In this document: positions 38,212 through 50,640 of the stretch, piece by piece | Layout of the letters: every line of letters begins with the position of its first letter | Position numbering within the stretch: position 1 is the first letter of the stretch | Assembly (NCBI RefSeq): GCF_004010195.1 | Contig: NC_057718.1 | Coordinates: 60,258,137-60,322,136 of the forward strand | Length of the DNA stretch: 64,000 nucleotides | Origin: Chiloscyllium plagiosum | Lineage: Eukaryota | Direction: 5' to 3' | Position numbers and translations under genes: made by a program | The notes under the pieces: model-generated | Databases searched by the model: none | Seen by the model: only the letters and a program-made list of their open reading frames with translations | What the model was told of the DNA's origin: nothing

Positions 38212-39282
38212 TTAAAAATCACAGAACACCAGGTTATTGTCCAACAGGTTTAATTTGAAGCACTAGCTTTTGAGCGCCACTCCTTCATCAGGTGGTTGTG
38301 GAGTACACAATTGTAAGACAGAATTTATAGCAAAAGTTTACAGTGTGATGTAACTGAAATTATACATTGAAAAATACCTTGATTGTTTAAGTCTCTCATC
38401 TGTTAGAATGATCATGTTAGTTTCACTTCTTTCACATGTAAATCACAAAGATTTTTTTAAAAGTTACATTCTCAGGTTAACTTTAATTGCTGTCAGCACA
38501 GATAATGTGTTGAAAGTATTGGCCCCCTGTGTGGTGCTGTCTGTGCCATAATGTTTAATGCCATAATGGATTCATGCATTTTTTGAGCAAATTACAATGT
38601 AACTCTGCAAGTACAAATTCACCCCACAAACGTTTATGTGTGTGTGTGCGCGTGCATGTGTCTGGGGTGGGGGGATTCTAAGTGTTTGTGAGAGAGAGTG
38701 TATATGTGTGTGTGTGAGTGTAAAGGAGTCTAAGTCTGTAAGAGGGTGCAGTGTGAGTGTGGGAATGTGTGTCTCTGTAGGAGTGTGTGAGAGTGTCTGT
38801 GTTTGTGTCTGTGTATAGGATTGTGTCTGTGTGTGTGTATGTGTGTGTAGGAGTGTCTGTGTGTGTGTGTTTAGGAGTGTCTGTGTGTGTATATAGTGCA
38901 ATGGTAGTCGTCTGTAGTGTGACAAGAACCCACGGTCCATGTTGAGGCCCTCCCTATGGGTACAGAACTTAGCTATCAGCCTCTGCTCGGCCACTTTTCG
39001 CTGCTGTCTGTCCCGAAGTCCTCCTCGAAGGTCCGAGGTCGAATGTCCTGGACCACTGAAGTGTTCCCCAACTGGGAGGGAACACTCCTGTCTGTTGATT
39101 GTTGTGCAGTGCCCATTCATCCTTTGCCGTAGCCTCACCAATGTACCATGCGTCAGGGCATCCTTGCCTGCAACGTATGAGACAGACAACGTTGGCTGAG
39201 TCACATGAGTACTTGCCACGTATATGATGGGAGGTGTCCCCATGCGTAATGGCGGTATCCATGTCCACACTCTGATGCGTAT
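38212..39282 (-). mobile_element. Penelope-like retroelement 3' fragment: GIY-YIG endonuclease remnant, CA-rich UTR and terminal repeat
   Basis: YSCDSANVVCLIRCRQGCPDAWYIGE / LRQRMNGH..PVGEHFSGPGHS..RKVAEQRLIAKF..GLN; CTGATGA (minus) at 38285-38291; possible 13-bp TSD with 2 mismatches (38199-38211 / 39283-39295). Confidence 0.9.
38636..38895 (+). repeat. Degenerate (TG)n-rich tract inside the Penelope 3' UTR
   Basis: Interrupted tgtg runs. Confidence 0.85.
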
Positions 39283-41219
39283 CTGTGTATCTGAGATTGT
39301 CTTGAAATTTAGTTTTAGTTTATCAAAAAAGGTCAGGTTCTTTGCAATATTCATTATGAAGTGCCAGAGAATTCCATTTTTCTTAACCTTTCTGTGCGCA
39401 AAACGAAAAGAAGTTTGACTGCTTGTCACAGTTAGACAATTCTCGGCTCATATATAAAGTAAAGCTTAATGCTTTCCTTAAATAACACATGTTCTGACAG
39501 AATACAAATTAAAGGTCAATCTATGATTATGTTACTTTCCATGTTTTTGCTCTTTAAAATGCCAATGTAAGATTATGTATTTCATTGAAAGTCTTTTCAA
39601 TGCTTTTGTTGTCTTCTATCTTTTTTTAAATTGTATGTTGCTGCCCCTTTAAAACTTGGAGGCTTGTACTAGCAGGTTTTTACCTGTAGGTGGCATTTAT
39701 AGACAAAAAAGGAGTTATGTTGAAACATGCTTTTTTTAAAAAAACGTCATGACTATTCGGAAAAATGAAATGGGTGATATCTGGAGACAGGTAAGGACTC
39801 TTTAGTATATAAAATTGCCTTTAGTAGTTTTAAGATGTAGTTTATTCTGAGAATGCTTTCAAATTGTCCTTTCAGGATTATTTAATTTCTTTTTAATAAA
39901 TCGGATCAGCAGAAGCCTCTCATGTTTGTTTCCATTTAAAGAGAGAATCAGAGATAGAATACTCATTGTGCTTCAGCACAGATTCGTAGTTGTAGCACTT
40001 CAGTTTTCATTGAAGTTGTCACTTCAGGTCTGAACTTCAATAGATTAATAGATGACTGAAGAAATAATGACTTTGCAACTTTCACATTGCTTTAAGTGGC
40101 AACATGAGTAACTTTTAGTGTTGAATTACTGCCACCCACATTGCTGTTCTGTTCTAAGTGTTCTCTCTAAGCTGCATGGCTGCATACACCAAAGCAGCAT
40201 TGATGTCTGGCTTAGAAATTACTACCATACAAAAACCTCAGAGGCCTGTGCTCCTGATTGCATCTTTAATAGACTGTTTGTGAGTTATTGTGTTGTATTA
40301 ACCCACGTAACATATTTCACAGATGGTTGGGTTCTGATGAGTCAGATATCTTTGAACTTTATTTACATGGCTACAATATCACAACAAAAAGATGATGTAA
40401 ATAATGAACAGTCAGAAATGTCAGGGAGACGTAGAATGAAAGGTTAATATTGAAACAGTCAGCGGTGTAAGACAGACTTTATGTCAATACTAAATGGACA
40501 CTAAGGCAGTAGTATAGCTGGCTAAGGGGGCAAAATACAAAAAAGGCAAAACAGGGAGGCTAAGACCATCCAGTTAGACTCAAAGTAAATGAGTACTAAG
40601 GGAACAAGCAAACAATCTTGAGATGCAGCCTGATCCAATCTGTAAGGTGGATTGCCCCTGAATGCAGTGTCCTTGCTGCAGCATTGTAATGATATTGCTG
40701 TTGCAGCTTTGAACTGCAGAAGCACACTGCAACTAGATCAGAGATGTGCCATGAGGCTTCTTAGAGGCTGTCACATGTTGGATTCATTGTCCACTGAGGT
40801 GGGATGCATTTGGCTGGCACCCCTAATATGTTGGTGCCATGCCCAACATGAAGCTCCGACATGAAGTCACCAGTCATCTTCTCTGACTTCCAAGTTGAGA
40901 ATTGTTGGTGTCTATTTTGCTCACGGCAAATAATAGGATGATGTCCATTTAATAAAGTCATTAACAAGCAATAATTGCCCTTAATAGGCAACTCGCCACA
41001 GCCTAATCTCACCTTGAAGTCTGGAATTTAGTTATAACATTAGTTCAGCTTGATCCAACATCAGGAAAGGTCTCATTAAACTTCTGTAATTCTGACAGAT
41101 TTATCAGGACTCCATAAAATTCTTCCCTCAGGCGCTGTGCGTAGATTTCTCAGAGGTGTCATTAACCCTTTGCTGAGATGGTTAAACCTTATCACCCCGA
41201 ATCAAGAAAAGTACAGCCA

Positions 41220-41390
41220 GTCAGGAAAATCAACATTTCTTGCAAAAGCCATTCATCAGGATGAAGTGCATTCCTGGCGAAGGGCTCCTGCCCGAAACGT
41301 CGATTTTCCTGCTCCCCGGATGCTGTGCTTTTTCAACACTACTCTAATCTTGACTCTGATCTCCGGTGTCTGCAGTCCTCATTTTCGCCT
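41220..41390. mobile_element. Penelope-derived palindrome (family A)
   Basis: Reverse arm ending ttcatcagga, forward arm cctggcgaagggctcctgcccgaaacgtcgatt plus tail. Confidence 0.75.
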
Positions 41391-41640
41391 GTATATTCTA
41401 TATCCTCATCCTTCGATAAAATGTGCTAAGGTGAGCCTGAAATCAATGAAAAATCAAAGTTAAACCACTGTGAAAACTTTCCCATCCTTAACATCTGAAT
41501 GTTGTGTTGAATGCAGTCATATTTCTGCTTTGAGCCTTTATACTTGGCTTTACAACACATTCTGACAACTTCCCAAAGTTTTTTAGATGCAGCACCAAAG
41601 TATGGCATTGGCAACAAAAAAATTGCTTTATGAACAAGAT

Positions 41641-43805
41641 TAGTGGTCTAGTCGTTTTATTGCTGGACTGTTAATCCAGAGGTCCCCAGGTAATGTTCTG
41701 AGGACCTGGGTTCGACTCCCACCATGGCAGAAGGAGAAATTTGAATTCAATTTTTAAAAAAGCCTGGAATTAAGAATCTAATGATGACCATGAATTCATT
41801 GTTGATTATTGGAAAAAACCAACAGAGAAAAAATGAGAAACGAAGGTATACTAGCCAAAAATATAAAGGAGGATAGTAAAAGCGTTTTTAGGTATGTGAA
41901 AGGGAAAAAAATGGTTAAGACTAAAATTGGAAACAGGGGAATATATTACGGGGAACAAAGAAATGGCAGAAGAGTTGAATTGATACTTCAGATCTGTGTT
42001 CACTGGGGAAGACACAAACAATCTCCCTGAGCTAACAGTGGCTGAAGGACCTGAACTGAAGGGAATTTATATTTGCCAGGAATTGGTGTTGGAGAGACTG
42101 TTAGGTCTGAAGGCTGATAAGTCCCCGGGTCCTGATGGTCTACATCCAGGGTACAGAAGGAGGTGGCTCGAGAAATCGTGGATGCGTTGGTGATTATTTT
42201 CCAGAGTTCGATAGATTCAGGATCAGTTCCTGCGATTGGAGGGTGGCTAATGTTGTACCACTTTTAAGAAAGGAGCAAGAGAGAAACCAGGAAATTATAG
42301 ACCGGTTAGTCTGACCTCAGTGGTGGGAAAGATGCTGGAGTCAATTATAAAGGATGAAATTATGACACATCTGGATAGCAGTAACAGGATAGGTCAGGGT
42401 CAGCATGGATTTATGAAGGGGAAATCATACTTGACTAATCTTCTGGAATTTTTTGAGGATGTAACTCTGAAAATGGACAAGGGAGATCCAGTGGATGTAA
42501 TGTACCTGGACTTTCAGAAAGTCCCACATAGGAGGTTAGTGAGCAAAATTAGGGTGCATGGTACTGGGGGCAAAGTACTGACTTGGATTGAAAATTGGTT
42601 GGCTGACAGGAAACAAAGAGTAGTGATAAACGGCTCCCTTTCAGAATGGCAGGCGGTGACCAGTGGGATACCACAGGGATCAGTGCTGGGGCCGCAGCTT
42701 TTTACAATATACATTAATGATATAGAAGATGGTATTAATAGTAACATTAGCAAATTTGCTGATGATACAAAGCTGGGTGGCAGGGTGAAATGTAAGGAGG
42801 ATGTTAGGAGATTACAGGGTGACCTGGACAGGTTAGGTGAGTGGACAGATGCATGGCAGATGTAGTTTAATGTGGATAAATGTATGGTTATCCACTTTGG
42901 TGGTAAGAACAGGAAGGCAGATTACTACCTAAATGGAGTCAAGTTAGGTAAAGGGGTCGTACACAGAGATCTGGGTGTTCTTGTATACCAGTCAATGGAG
43001 GCAAGCATGCAGGTACAGCAGGTAGTGAAGAATGCTGACAGCATGTTGGCCTTCATAACAAGAGGGATTGAGTATAGAAGCAAAGAGGTTCTCCTGCAGC
43101 TGTACAGGGCCCTGGTGAGACCGCACCTGGAATATTGTGTGCAGTTCTGGTCTCCACATTTGAGGAAAGACATTCTGGCTATCGAGGGAGTGCAGCGTAG
43201 GTTCACGAGGTCAATTCCTGGAATGGCGGGACTATCTTATGTTGAAAGATTGGAGCGACTGGGCTTGTATACCCTTGAGTTTAGAAGACTGAGAGGGAAT
43301 CTGATTGACACGTATAAGATTATTAAAGGATTGGACAGTCTGGAGGCAGGAAACATGCTTCCGCTGATGGGTGAGTCCCGAACCAGAGGACTTAGCTTAA
43401 AAATAAGGGGTAGGCCATTTAGGACAGAGATGAGGAGAAACTTCTTCACCCAGAGAGTGGTGGGTGTGTGGAATGCTCTGCCCCAGAAGGCAGTGGAGGC
43501 CCAGTCTCTGGATTTGTTTAAGAAAGAATGGGATAGAGCTCTCAAGGATAGTGGAATCAAGGGTTATGGAGATAAGGCAGGAACAGGATACTGAATGGTG
43601 GTGCAGGCTCGAAGGGCAGAATGGCCTACTCCTGCACCTATTGTCTATTGTCTTTTTAGGGAAAGAAACTGCTAGTTTGACCTACATGTGACTCCAGATC
43701 CACAGCAATGTGGTTGATTTTTAACTGCTGTCTGGGAAATTATAGAATGGCAATAAACACTGGCCTAGCAAGTGATGCTCTCATCTGTCAATGAAGTTTT
43801 AAAAA
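41641..43805 (+). mobile_element. tRNA-derived SINE (second family) split by a CR1 insertion
   Basis: Head 41641-41820 with B-box ggttcgactcc; remainder 43654-43805 with core catgtgactccagatccacagcaatgtgg. Confidence 0.78.
41821..43653 (+). mobile_element. Relatively young 5'-truncated CR1 LINE, RT domain near complete but disrupted
   Basis: KSPGPDGLHP, QHGFMKGKS, YLDFQK, PQGSVLGP, KFADDTKLGG, RPHLEYCVQFWSP, FFTQRVVGVWN; stop at about 42863 and frameshifts; tail (attgtct)n. Confidence 0.95.
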
Positions 43806-44039
43806 GGCAAGCAGGATGCCCAGTGCGTCACACAACCAAATTTGTATTATCAGAGTCCGATGAATCATACTGGATTTTAGGCATGTGTGGAGTAACGGGT
43901 GGGTGCAATATGCTCAATTTTTATATTTAAATTAAATAAAACTTGGAAAACAATAAACTAGCCCTCAAAAGAATATTGTCTGATACAAAGAGTTAGATTA
44001 AACACAGCATTGATACCTGACCTGTACACTGGGATGCAA

Positions 44040-44365
44040 GGCGGTCAGCTCAGCAGGTACATCAGTATTACTATAAAGTTACTATTAAAACACAGATCTA
44101 ACAGAGCAGAGGGGCTTTTGTGTTGCATGTATTTAAATTGCCTTTGTCCTCATCGTGAAGCCAGTGCCCAAGATGTTCTTGTCCCCAGCATTGACAGTTC
44201 TCCCCTTGACAAACATAAAATATTAGCCAATAAATTTTTAATCCAAGCATCCCAATGTCAATTAAACACAGCTCTTAAAATAAGTTCAATTGCTGGGTTG
44301 GTCTGTCAGTTATGGTGCTTATCAGATTAAATTACAGATATAGTGACATTCAGATGGGCAGGGCA
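44040..44365. promoter_or_regulatory. Candidate conserved non-coding element
   Basis: Non-repetitive; clustered TGACA/TGTCA (TALE-type) and TAAT/ATTA motifs; conservation not tested. Confidence 0.38.
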
Positions 44366-45131
44366 GTTTCATAGTGGTTGTTATGGGTGTCATAAAAGTA
44401 TAGGTTGAATAGGCACAGTTAATATTCAGTAATTATATATCTACATTATTGTCACTAATTGCAGACCCATCTAACATAGCAACTTCCATCCTGCTAGTTG
44501 AGCAGTGTTATATTTTTAACATAGTTTGCAGAACATTCATTACATTTTTAACCTATGAAAATTTACTGTTCATTGTTTCTCTGTAATTCAAAATTGGAGG
44601 TGATTATATGCAACTATCAACAGTTACCACTTAGCGTATATCTTGGTTTTCATACAGATCGCACAACTAGGAATAAACAGGCAACCCAAACCAAAAGTAA
44701 CTGCATATGATACTTTGTAGCTAACCCTTGGAGTGTTACCAAGCTTGCACACTAAATGTAATAGCTCGAGACACTCAGACACAGCTGTCGTCAGATCTGT
44801 TTGGCAGCATAGTATTGGCGGTGTAGTCTGTTATTACTGTGTGATTACCAAACAGTGTGATGATAACAGCATCCAAGTATTTGCAGCTACCACTTGTTGG
44901 GTGGTTTGGTAATTATACAGTAATAACAGAGTTCAAAGCCAGAAAAATGCAACCAAAGCAAGACCCTGTGTCTGAGTGTCTCCAGCTGCCCAGTTTGGTG
45001 TGTGATTTTGGTAATCATACTAACTCACAAAGGGTTAGCTGCAAACATTTGGAGGTCATTTTCTCCTGTTTGAACAAAAGAAAGGAAACCGTTTCTTCAC
45101 TGGAACTGCATATGGGGGATTCTGAAATTCT

Positions 45132-45348
45132 GAAAAATGTGTTGCTGGAAAAGCGCATCAGGTCAGGCAGCATCCAAGCAGCAGGAGAATTGACGTTTCG
45201 GGCATAAGCCCTTCATTCCTGAAGAAGGGCTTATGCCCGAAACGTCAATTCTGCTGCTCCTTGGATGCTGCCTGACCTGCTTCGCTTTTCCAGCAACACA
45301 TTTTCAGCTCTGATCTCCAGTATCTGCAGTCCTCACTTTCTCCTCGTC
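45132..45348. mobile_element. Young Penelope-derived palindrome (family A)
   Basis: About 85-bp near-perfect inverted arms plus a one-sided extension of about 40 bp; perfect 14-bp TSD gattctgaaattct at 45118-45131 and 45349-45362. Confidence 0.9.
45215..45250 (+). ncRNA. Minimal type I hammerhead ribozyme motif, family A
   Basis: CTGAAGA (45219-25), A-GGGC-ttat-GCCC, GAAA (45239-42), CGTC; palindromic ACGT stem III, GUC cleavage triplet; stem I weak in this copy. Confidence 0.7.
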
Positions 45349-47306
45349 GATTCTGAAATTCTACCCTCCAAACTAAGCATTGCCAAATAAACCTTTAATT
45401 TTCAGGCTGGTACCAAGAATTATTTTTGTTGATGTCTTTTCCCAAGGAGATTTGAAAACCCTTTATCAAATATGCTATTTAAACAAATGTTGTTACTTTG
45501 CTGTGTCATAGCATTTTATGTATTTGTGAAAACAGATTGTAACATGTTAGACTAATCAAGGATATTTCCACCTTGTCTTTGAGTAAAATGGATTCTCTAA
45601 ATGCTAATATGAATGGCTGAAATTTATAAAACACATCATGAATTTTATGAAAGAGACGAGAGAAATTTAAATTTAATTATGAATTTTATAACATGGTAAT
45701 TCAATATTCTGACCACTTTTTGTCCAACTCTTATTCTTGCCTTTCATGCTGCTTGCATTTTAAGGGCCTTTTTGTTTTAAAGCGATTGTTATCCATTCAA
45801 GGTAGACATTTTAATAATTACTTTTCTGTGTTACTGCTGTACTTTCCTATGTCTGCATTATAATCTTTATGTATAGCAAGACAGAAATGGCATTCCATTA
45901 TTGAAAAAGAAAAATGTTGCAAAAAAAAGATACCATACTGAACTGTAAACTATTTTAAGTCTGTGACTCCAATCTTAAAAATGTTCTGGTTTTCTCTGGA
46001 ATCCTTGGTATTGTATGGATATATCCGATCACTACACTGTATGAGCTGCTGCTCATGGTAAAGGTGCTGTCACCACCCTGTTTAAATGTAGAAAACTGGT
46101 CTAATTTAATAGAGGGAAACACTTCCTATCTAATTCGAAGATTTTCATATAGCTAAGTCTATAGTTTATTTCATGTTAGCAACTAGGTGAGGTTATACTG
46201 ATACAATTGACATTGTTACACACACTTAGAAGAGAACCAAAATGTTGTCTGCCCAACAGTAGATATACATCACCATAGTGGTGCTGACAGCACTCCTCAA
46301 CAATAAATCTTTCAACATAATCCAAAGCAGTTCTTCTCATTATTATTGTTATTATTATTATTTCACACTTGTGAGTATTATTGCATTTATCACTAATCAT
46401 TTCCTCTCAATTTCTATCTTTACAAACTCATATGACCTGGACATTTCATGGCTTTCCTGGAATGTGTTGACTTCTATCTTGGAAACTGGTAGTTTGCTGG
46501 GTAAAAGGCCACTAGTGTTGATTTGCTTGCTGATAGTCTGAGGTCTGTAGGACCATTTAAACTTGTGGACACTTAATTTCTTGGTTTCCTATTGTCTGTC
46601 TTGATGAAATAAGCAAGTTCTTCTGTTCAGCATCCTAAACCACTGAAACATGCCATTCGTTCAAGCATTATCTCGGTTCATGGGATATTAGTTGTCCCAT
46701 CTCTATGGTGGCTTCCATTGAATTATAACGCACCATGTGTTCAATCTATGTGAGGTAATTTCTATTCTCAATCTGCCTATAGATTTGTGCTGAAGCCCGA
46801 AAATTCCTTTATTTTAACATCCTAAACGGTTTGTGCTCTTTCATTCACTGACAGTATTGCTTTATTGGTCAAATCGGTCTGTTCACTTTCTCAGATCTCT
46901 TGAATGTCAGAGCAGACAAAAATTAATAGTCTGGCATGATCTCTGACTCAGTTACTGAGGACTTTTCCTGCAAAGATAGGAAGGTAAAATATTCTGTACA
47001 AAATTGTTTCTTCTGTGTCATCACAGTATCTAACATGATACTTGAATTTGTCATAGCTATTTGTTCGCCAAGATGTGTTACAATTCAAGTTGCATCAATT
47101 TATAGATTTGTCAATTGCCTCAAGTAGGGTATGTTGTTGACTATCTCTTGCTGTTTTTCCTCACAAACCTTGTTGGTTCTTGCTATCTGTGTGTTCTTCT
47201 GTGTTCATGGCAATGGAAACAATTTGCACCAATCCAATAAGCTATAGGTCCCATCTTATTGACAGTATGCAACAAATTTCTTTTTAAAACATAACTCATC
47301 ACAATA

Positions 47307-47538
47307 TACAGAAATTGCTGGGAAAGCTCAGCAAGGCTGGCAGCATCCATGGAGAGAAATCAGAGTTAACATTTTGGGTTGAGTGACCCTTCCTCAAACT
47401 CACTCTGAGGAAGGGTGATTCGACCCAGAATGTTAGCATCTGTGGACAGAAATCAGAGTTACCAGACCCTGCTGAACCTTTCCAGCAATTTCTGTTTTTG
47501 TTTCTGATTTAGAGCATCCACACTTCATTCAGTTTTTA
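47307..47538. mobile_element. Penelope-derived palindrome (family C) with an internal inverted segment
   Basis: Arms meet near CTGAGGA at 47405-47411; 9-bp TSD atcacaata at 47298-47306 and 47539-47547. Confidence 0.8.
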
Positions 47539-50204
47539 ATCACAATAAAATATTTTTTGTTTGTTTAGGTTCTGCTGTGAGTCTGGGGAACCTTATGAAA
47601 TTTGCTACGAGCTGTTCTTTTGGTCATTTCTTAATTAGTTGTTCCTTAACATTTTTGAATTAAATTCCTTCCACAGTTTGAAGAAGATTGAGATCAAGAC
47701 ATGGATTCCTACTCAAAAATGAGAGTTGTTGTTTGTTAAATATATATATATATATGTTTTCTACTACTTAGCATTTCTGAAATTGGAGATTTGCTTATAG
47801 CATACTTTTAATCTTAATTGCTCAGTCTTCCAGACTATTTGGTTGCACTGTTGTTAGCTGTGAAGAGTGTTCTTGTAATGGCAGCTCACTATTTGATTAT
47901 ATATCGACACTCGCCTGGTGTCTAACACGAGATGAATGAAATAGTCATTAACATAATTATCTAATTATCTGTTCATTAGAATGTAAGATTGGGAACCACT
48001 TACCTCACCTAGGAACACGTTAGCTTTTACTTCTGTTGTAGATTGTTCTACCTCATTAAATTGTTTTTGTGGTAGAAATTTGATCTCCGGAAGCCACATC
48101 TCACATCTGACAGCATCTGCATTTTACTGAGGGTAAAATATTGCATACATTGAATGACATATAAAGCATTCAATTTTAAGAGCTTGGTACTGTTTGTGTC
48201 TGTGAGATTTGTTTGCTCCATAGTGCTGATAAGGAAATTTGCTGTACAGTTTTCATCTCAATCGCTGTACTGTCTTCTCACAGATATCTCTGTGTTTTTG
48301 TAACTTCAGAATTGAATGAACTCTGCAGATTTCCTGTACCAATGTTTATGTTTTCCTCTTGGGATTGATCAGTGCTACAATAGAACTTCACCTTCGGTCA
48401 CTATATGAATGGTTTTATCTATAGTCACATCTTCTTGGACTACATTATGTCTGACAACGAATCTTTATGAATTCTGACTTGAAGTCCTTATTATCACATT
48501 TCTCCACTAACCTGTAGAGTGCATTACCACACAGATTTCAAACGTGTAATGGAACAAAAGAAGGCTTTCTGCCTCACCTCTGTTTTGTTTCTCCAAATGA
48601 AGATCTTGAATAATTCATAGAAAATGGTACTAATTGTGGCAGAAACAATCGAAAAATCATCCCCAGTGTCTCATCAATGATTCAATTTATTGTATGAATT
48701 ATAATTTTTTAAAAATGTGGTCAAAAGACCATGGGCCCAAAATTGGACAATCTAAATTGACCCACAGTCCGAGAAATTTGCCAAACTAAGTTAAGCAACA
48801 GCCAGCTGCTGTCAGCGACAGAGAACAGTGCAAAACAAGGTCAAAGAAATTACAAAGGTTCAGGGGAATGAGTTGTAACTAGCCATAAGCTGTTTATTGA
48901 AGAAATATTGGTCAGACTTCCAGCCAGTGCCTAAGGATCTGCACTTTACATGTCTATGACTTAGCAACAGTGAAGGGTGTTGGTGCGATCCTGTTCAATG
49001 ATTTGAATCCAGTTCATGATTCCATTGGTCAAAGGATACAGAACATTCAGGAAAGTCTAGGGCAATGGGGGACACGTCACCTCTCAGGGAAGACTGGCAG
49101 CAAGAGTTGCAGTGGAAGACAGTACAACAACCTAAGAAGACCCAGGAGAAGACATGCCCTGACCTACGAAACCCATCTTCATGAAAGAGAGCAAGCCCTA
49201 AGTCAGAGAGGAAAGCGGTTACAACAACCCAACTCAAACACGTGAATCGTTATGGGTAATATCCTTTCTCAGATGGATAGAACTAGATGGAGAGTAAATA
49301 TTGTGGGAATTGGGAAATGTTCACATGGTGTTTTTAATAAGGAATATTTTGTTAATAAGATCGATTTGAACTGCAACCCAAATTCTCTATCGACTTTACT
49401 GACAAAAGTATTTCATAATACTTGTGAAGTGTCCAAAGTACAGACAACAAAAGGTTACCACATTTTTTCAGATTTATTCTGGAAATGATTCCTCTATAGG
49501 TAAAGTGGTCACCTATGCATTACTCTTTAGCTTCAGTGGGAGAGTTCACATAGCTGGTGGACTTCACAAAGGCTAAATTCATGTTTTTACATAATTTCAA
49601 ATGGACATCAGCATACTCAAAACATTGAGGAAAAAATGTACTTTTCTCTCTCACATTTCTTTCTCTCTGCATGATCACTAATACCTAGTTGTTCTAGTGT
49701 ACCACAAATAAATTATCATTGTGACTTAGATCGGTGTGTTTATTCATTACATGGAGTTCACACAAATACCAGGGAATGTGGAATATGCTGGCATGTTAAG
49801 GACCATGAGCATGGTGGAAATAATTAACATTTGCTGCCACTTCCAGCAGGTAACTCTGACCAAGCTACTGTAATCCATTTGAAAATACAGACTTATTTGG
49901 TCAAAGTATTTAACTGAAGGGAAAAATGATTTGGACAGTAAAAGTTATAGGTGAAATGTATCTCAACACTTTATATAAAACACAGTGATATCACACTATT
50001 AGGAACACCACATGGAGGTCTGATACAGTACGATTTGTGCATATCTCAGCATCAAAACATCAATGACGATGGCACAATTTGTTGACAGTGAAGGAACAAT
50101 GCATTCATTTGTCGATTATCTCAAATGAGCATAGCATATGGAGATGGGAATATAGCATCTGGCAGCTACATTTGTGATGTCTGCACCAAAGACAATGTTC
50201 ATGA

Positions 50205-50640
50205 GTTGTGCACTGTATGCTAATAGTTTGTTACAGTTAATGAATTATATAGCAAAAAGCTGGGATTTTAATTGTTTTAATATTAGCATCAAGGTTTTAC
50301 TAATCTTTACATTTCAGTTCAGTAAAAGTAAAACACACATGGTTTCACTTCAGTATGCAACAGTGATCTTAAAAAAAATCTATGGAGTTAATAAGTGACT
50401 TTATACTGTGATTGCTGCAGCTTTTTCTGATGATAGTGCCAACATTGTTTATTTCAGAGGCTGCAATAAATGGTGCTGAACTGATGCAATGAGAAAATAA
50501 AATATGTACACACAGCAGTGAGATGCATGAAAACTTGCAATGAGCATTTTCATTTAACCTCCATACCCCTCTACAAAACATGGCATGAAGTGCTAGAATG
50601 AATCATAGCAGATTAATAAATAGTCTGGCAGGTCATAACA
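50205..50640. promoter_or_regulatory. Candidate conserved non-coding element
   Basis: Repeat-free AT-rich block with ATGCTAAT, TTAATGAATTA and TGTTTAT motifs; conservation not tested. Confidence 0.33.

Noticed and set aside
38572..39429. 285-aa ORF as a host gene
   Set aside because: Chimera of flanking DNA, frameshifted Penelope endonuclease and translated CA repeats
42320..43594. Longest RT-like ORFs as a functional gene
   Set aside because: 5'-truncated CR1 ORF2 with a stop, frameshifts and a deletion in the DFQKAFDKVPH motif
45132..45348. Palindromes as DNA-transposon MITEs or CRISPR-like repeats
   Set aside because: Variable-length TSDs, asymmetric arms and a hammerhead centre fit Penelope retrotransposition; there is no repeat-spacer periodicity
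47550..47582. 8-nt microexon (tttgtttag|gttctgct|gtgagt)
   Set aside because: Expected by chance in AT-rich DNA, frame-shifting length, and no supporting gene
48715..49430. Possible solo LTR (also 16630-17900)
   Set aside because: No second copy, primer-binding site, polypurine tract or TSD could be identified
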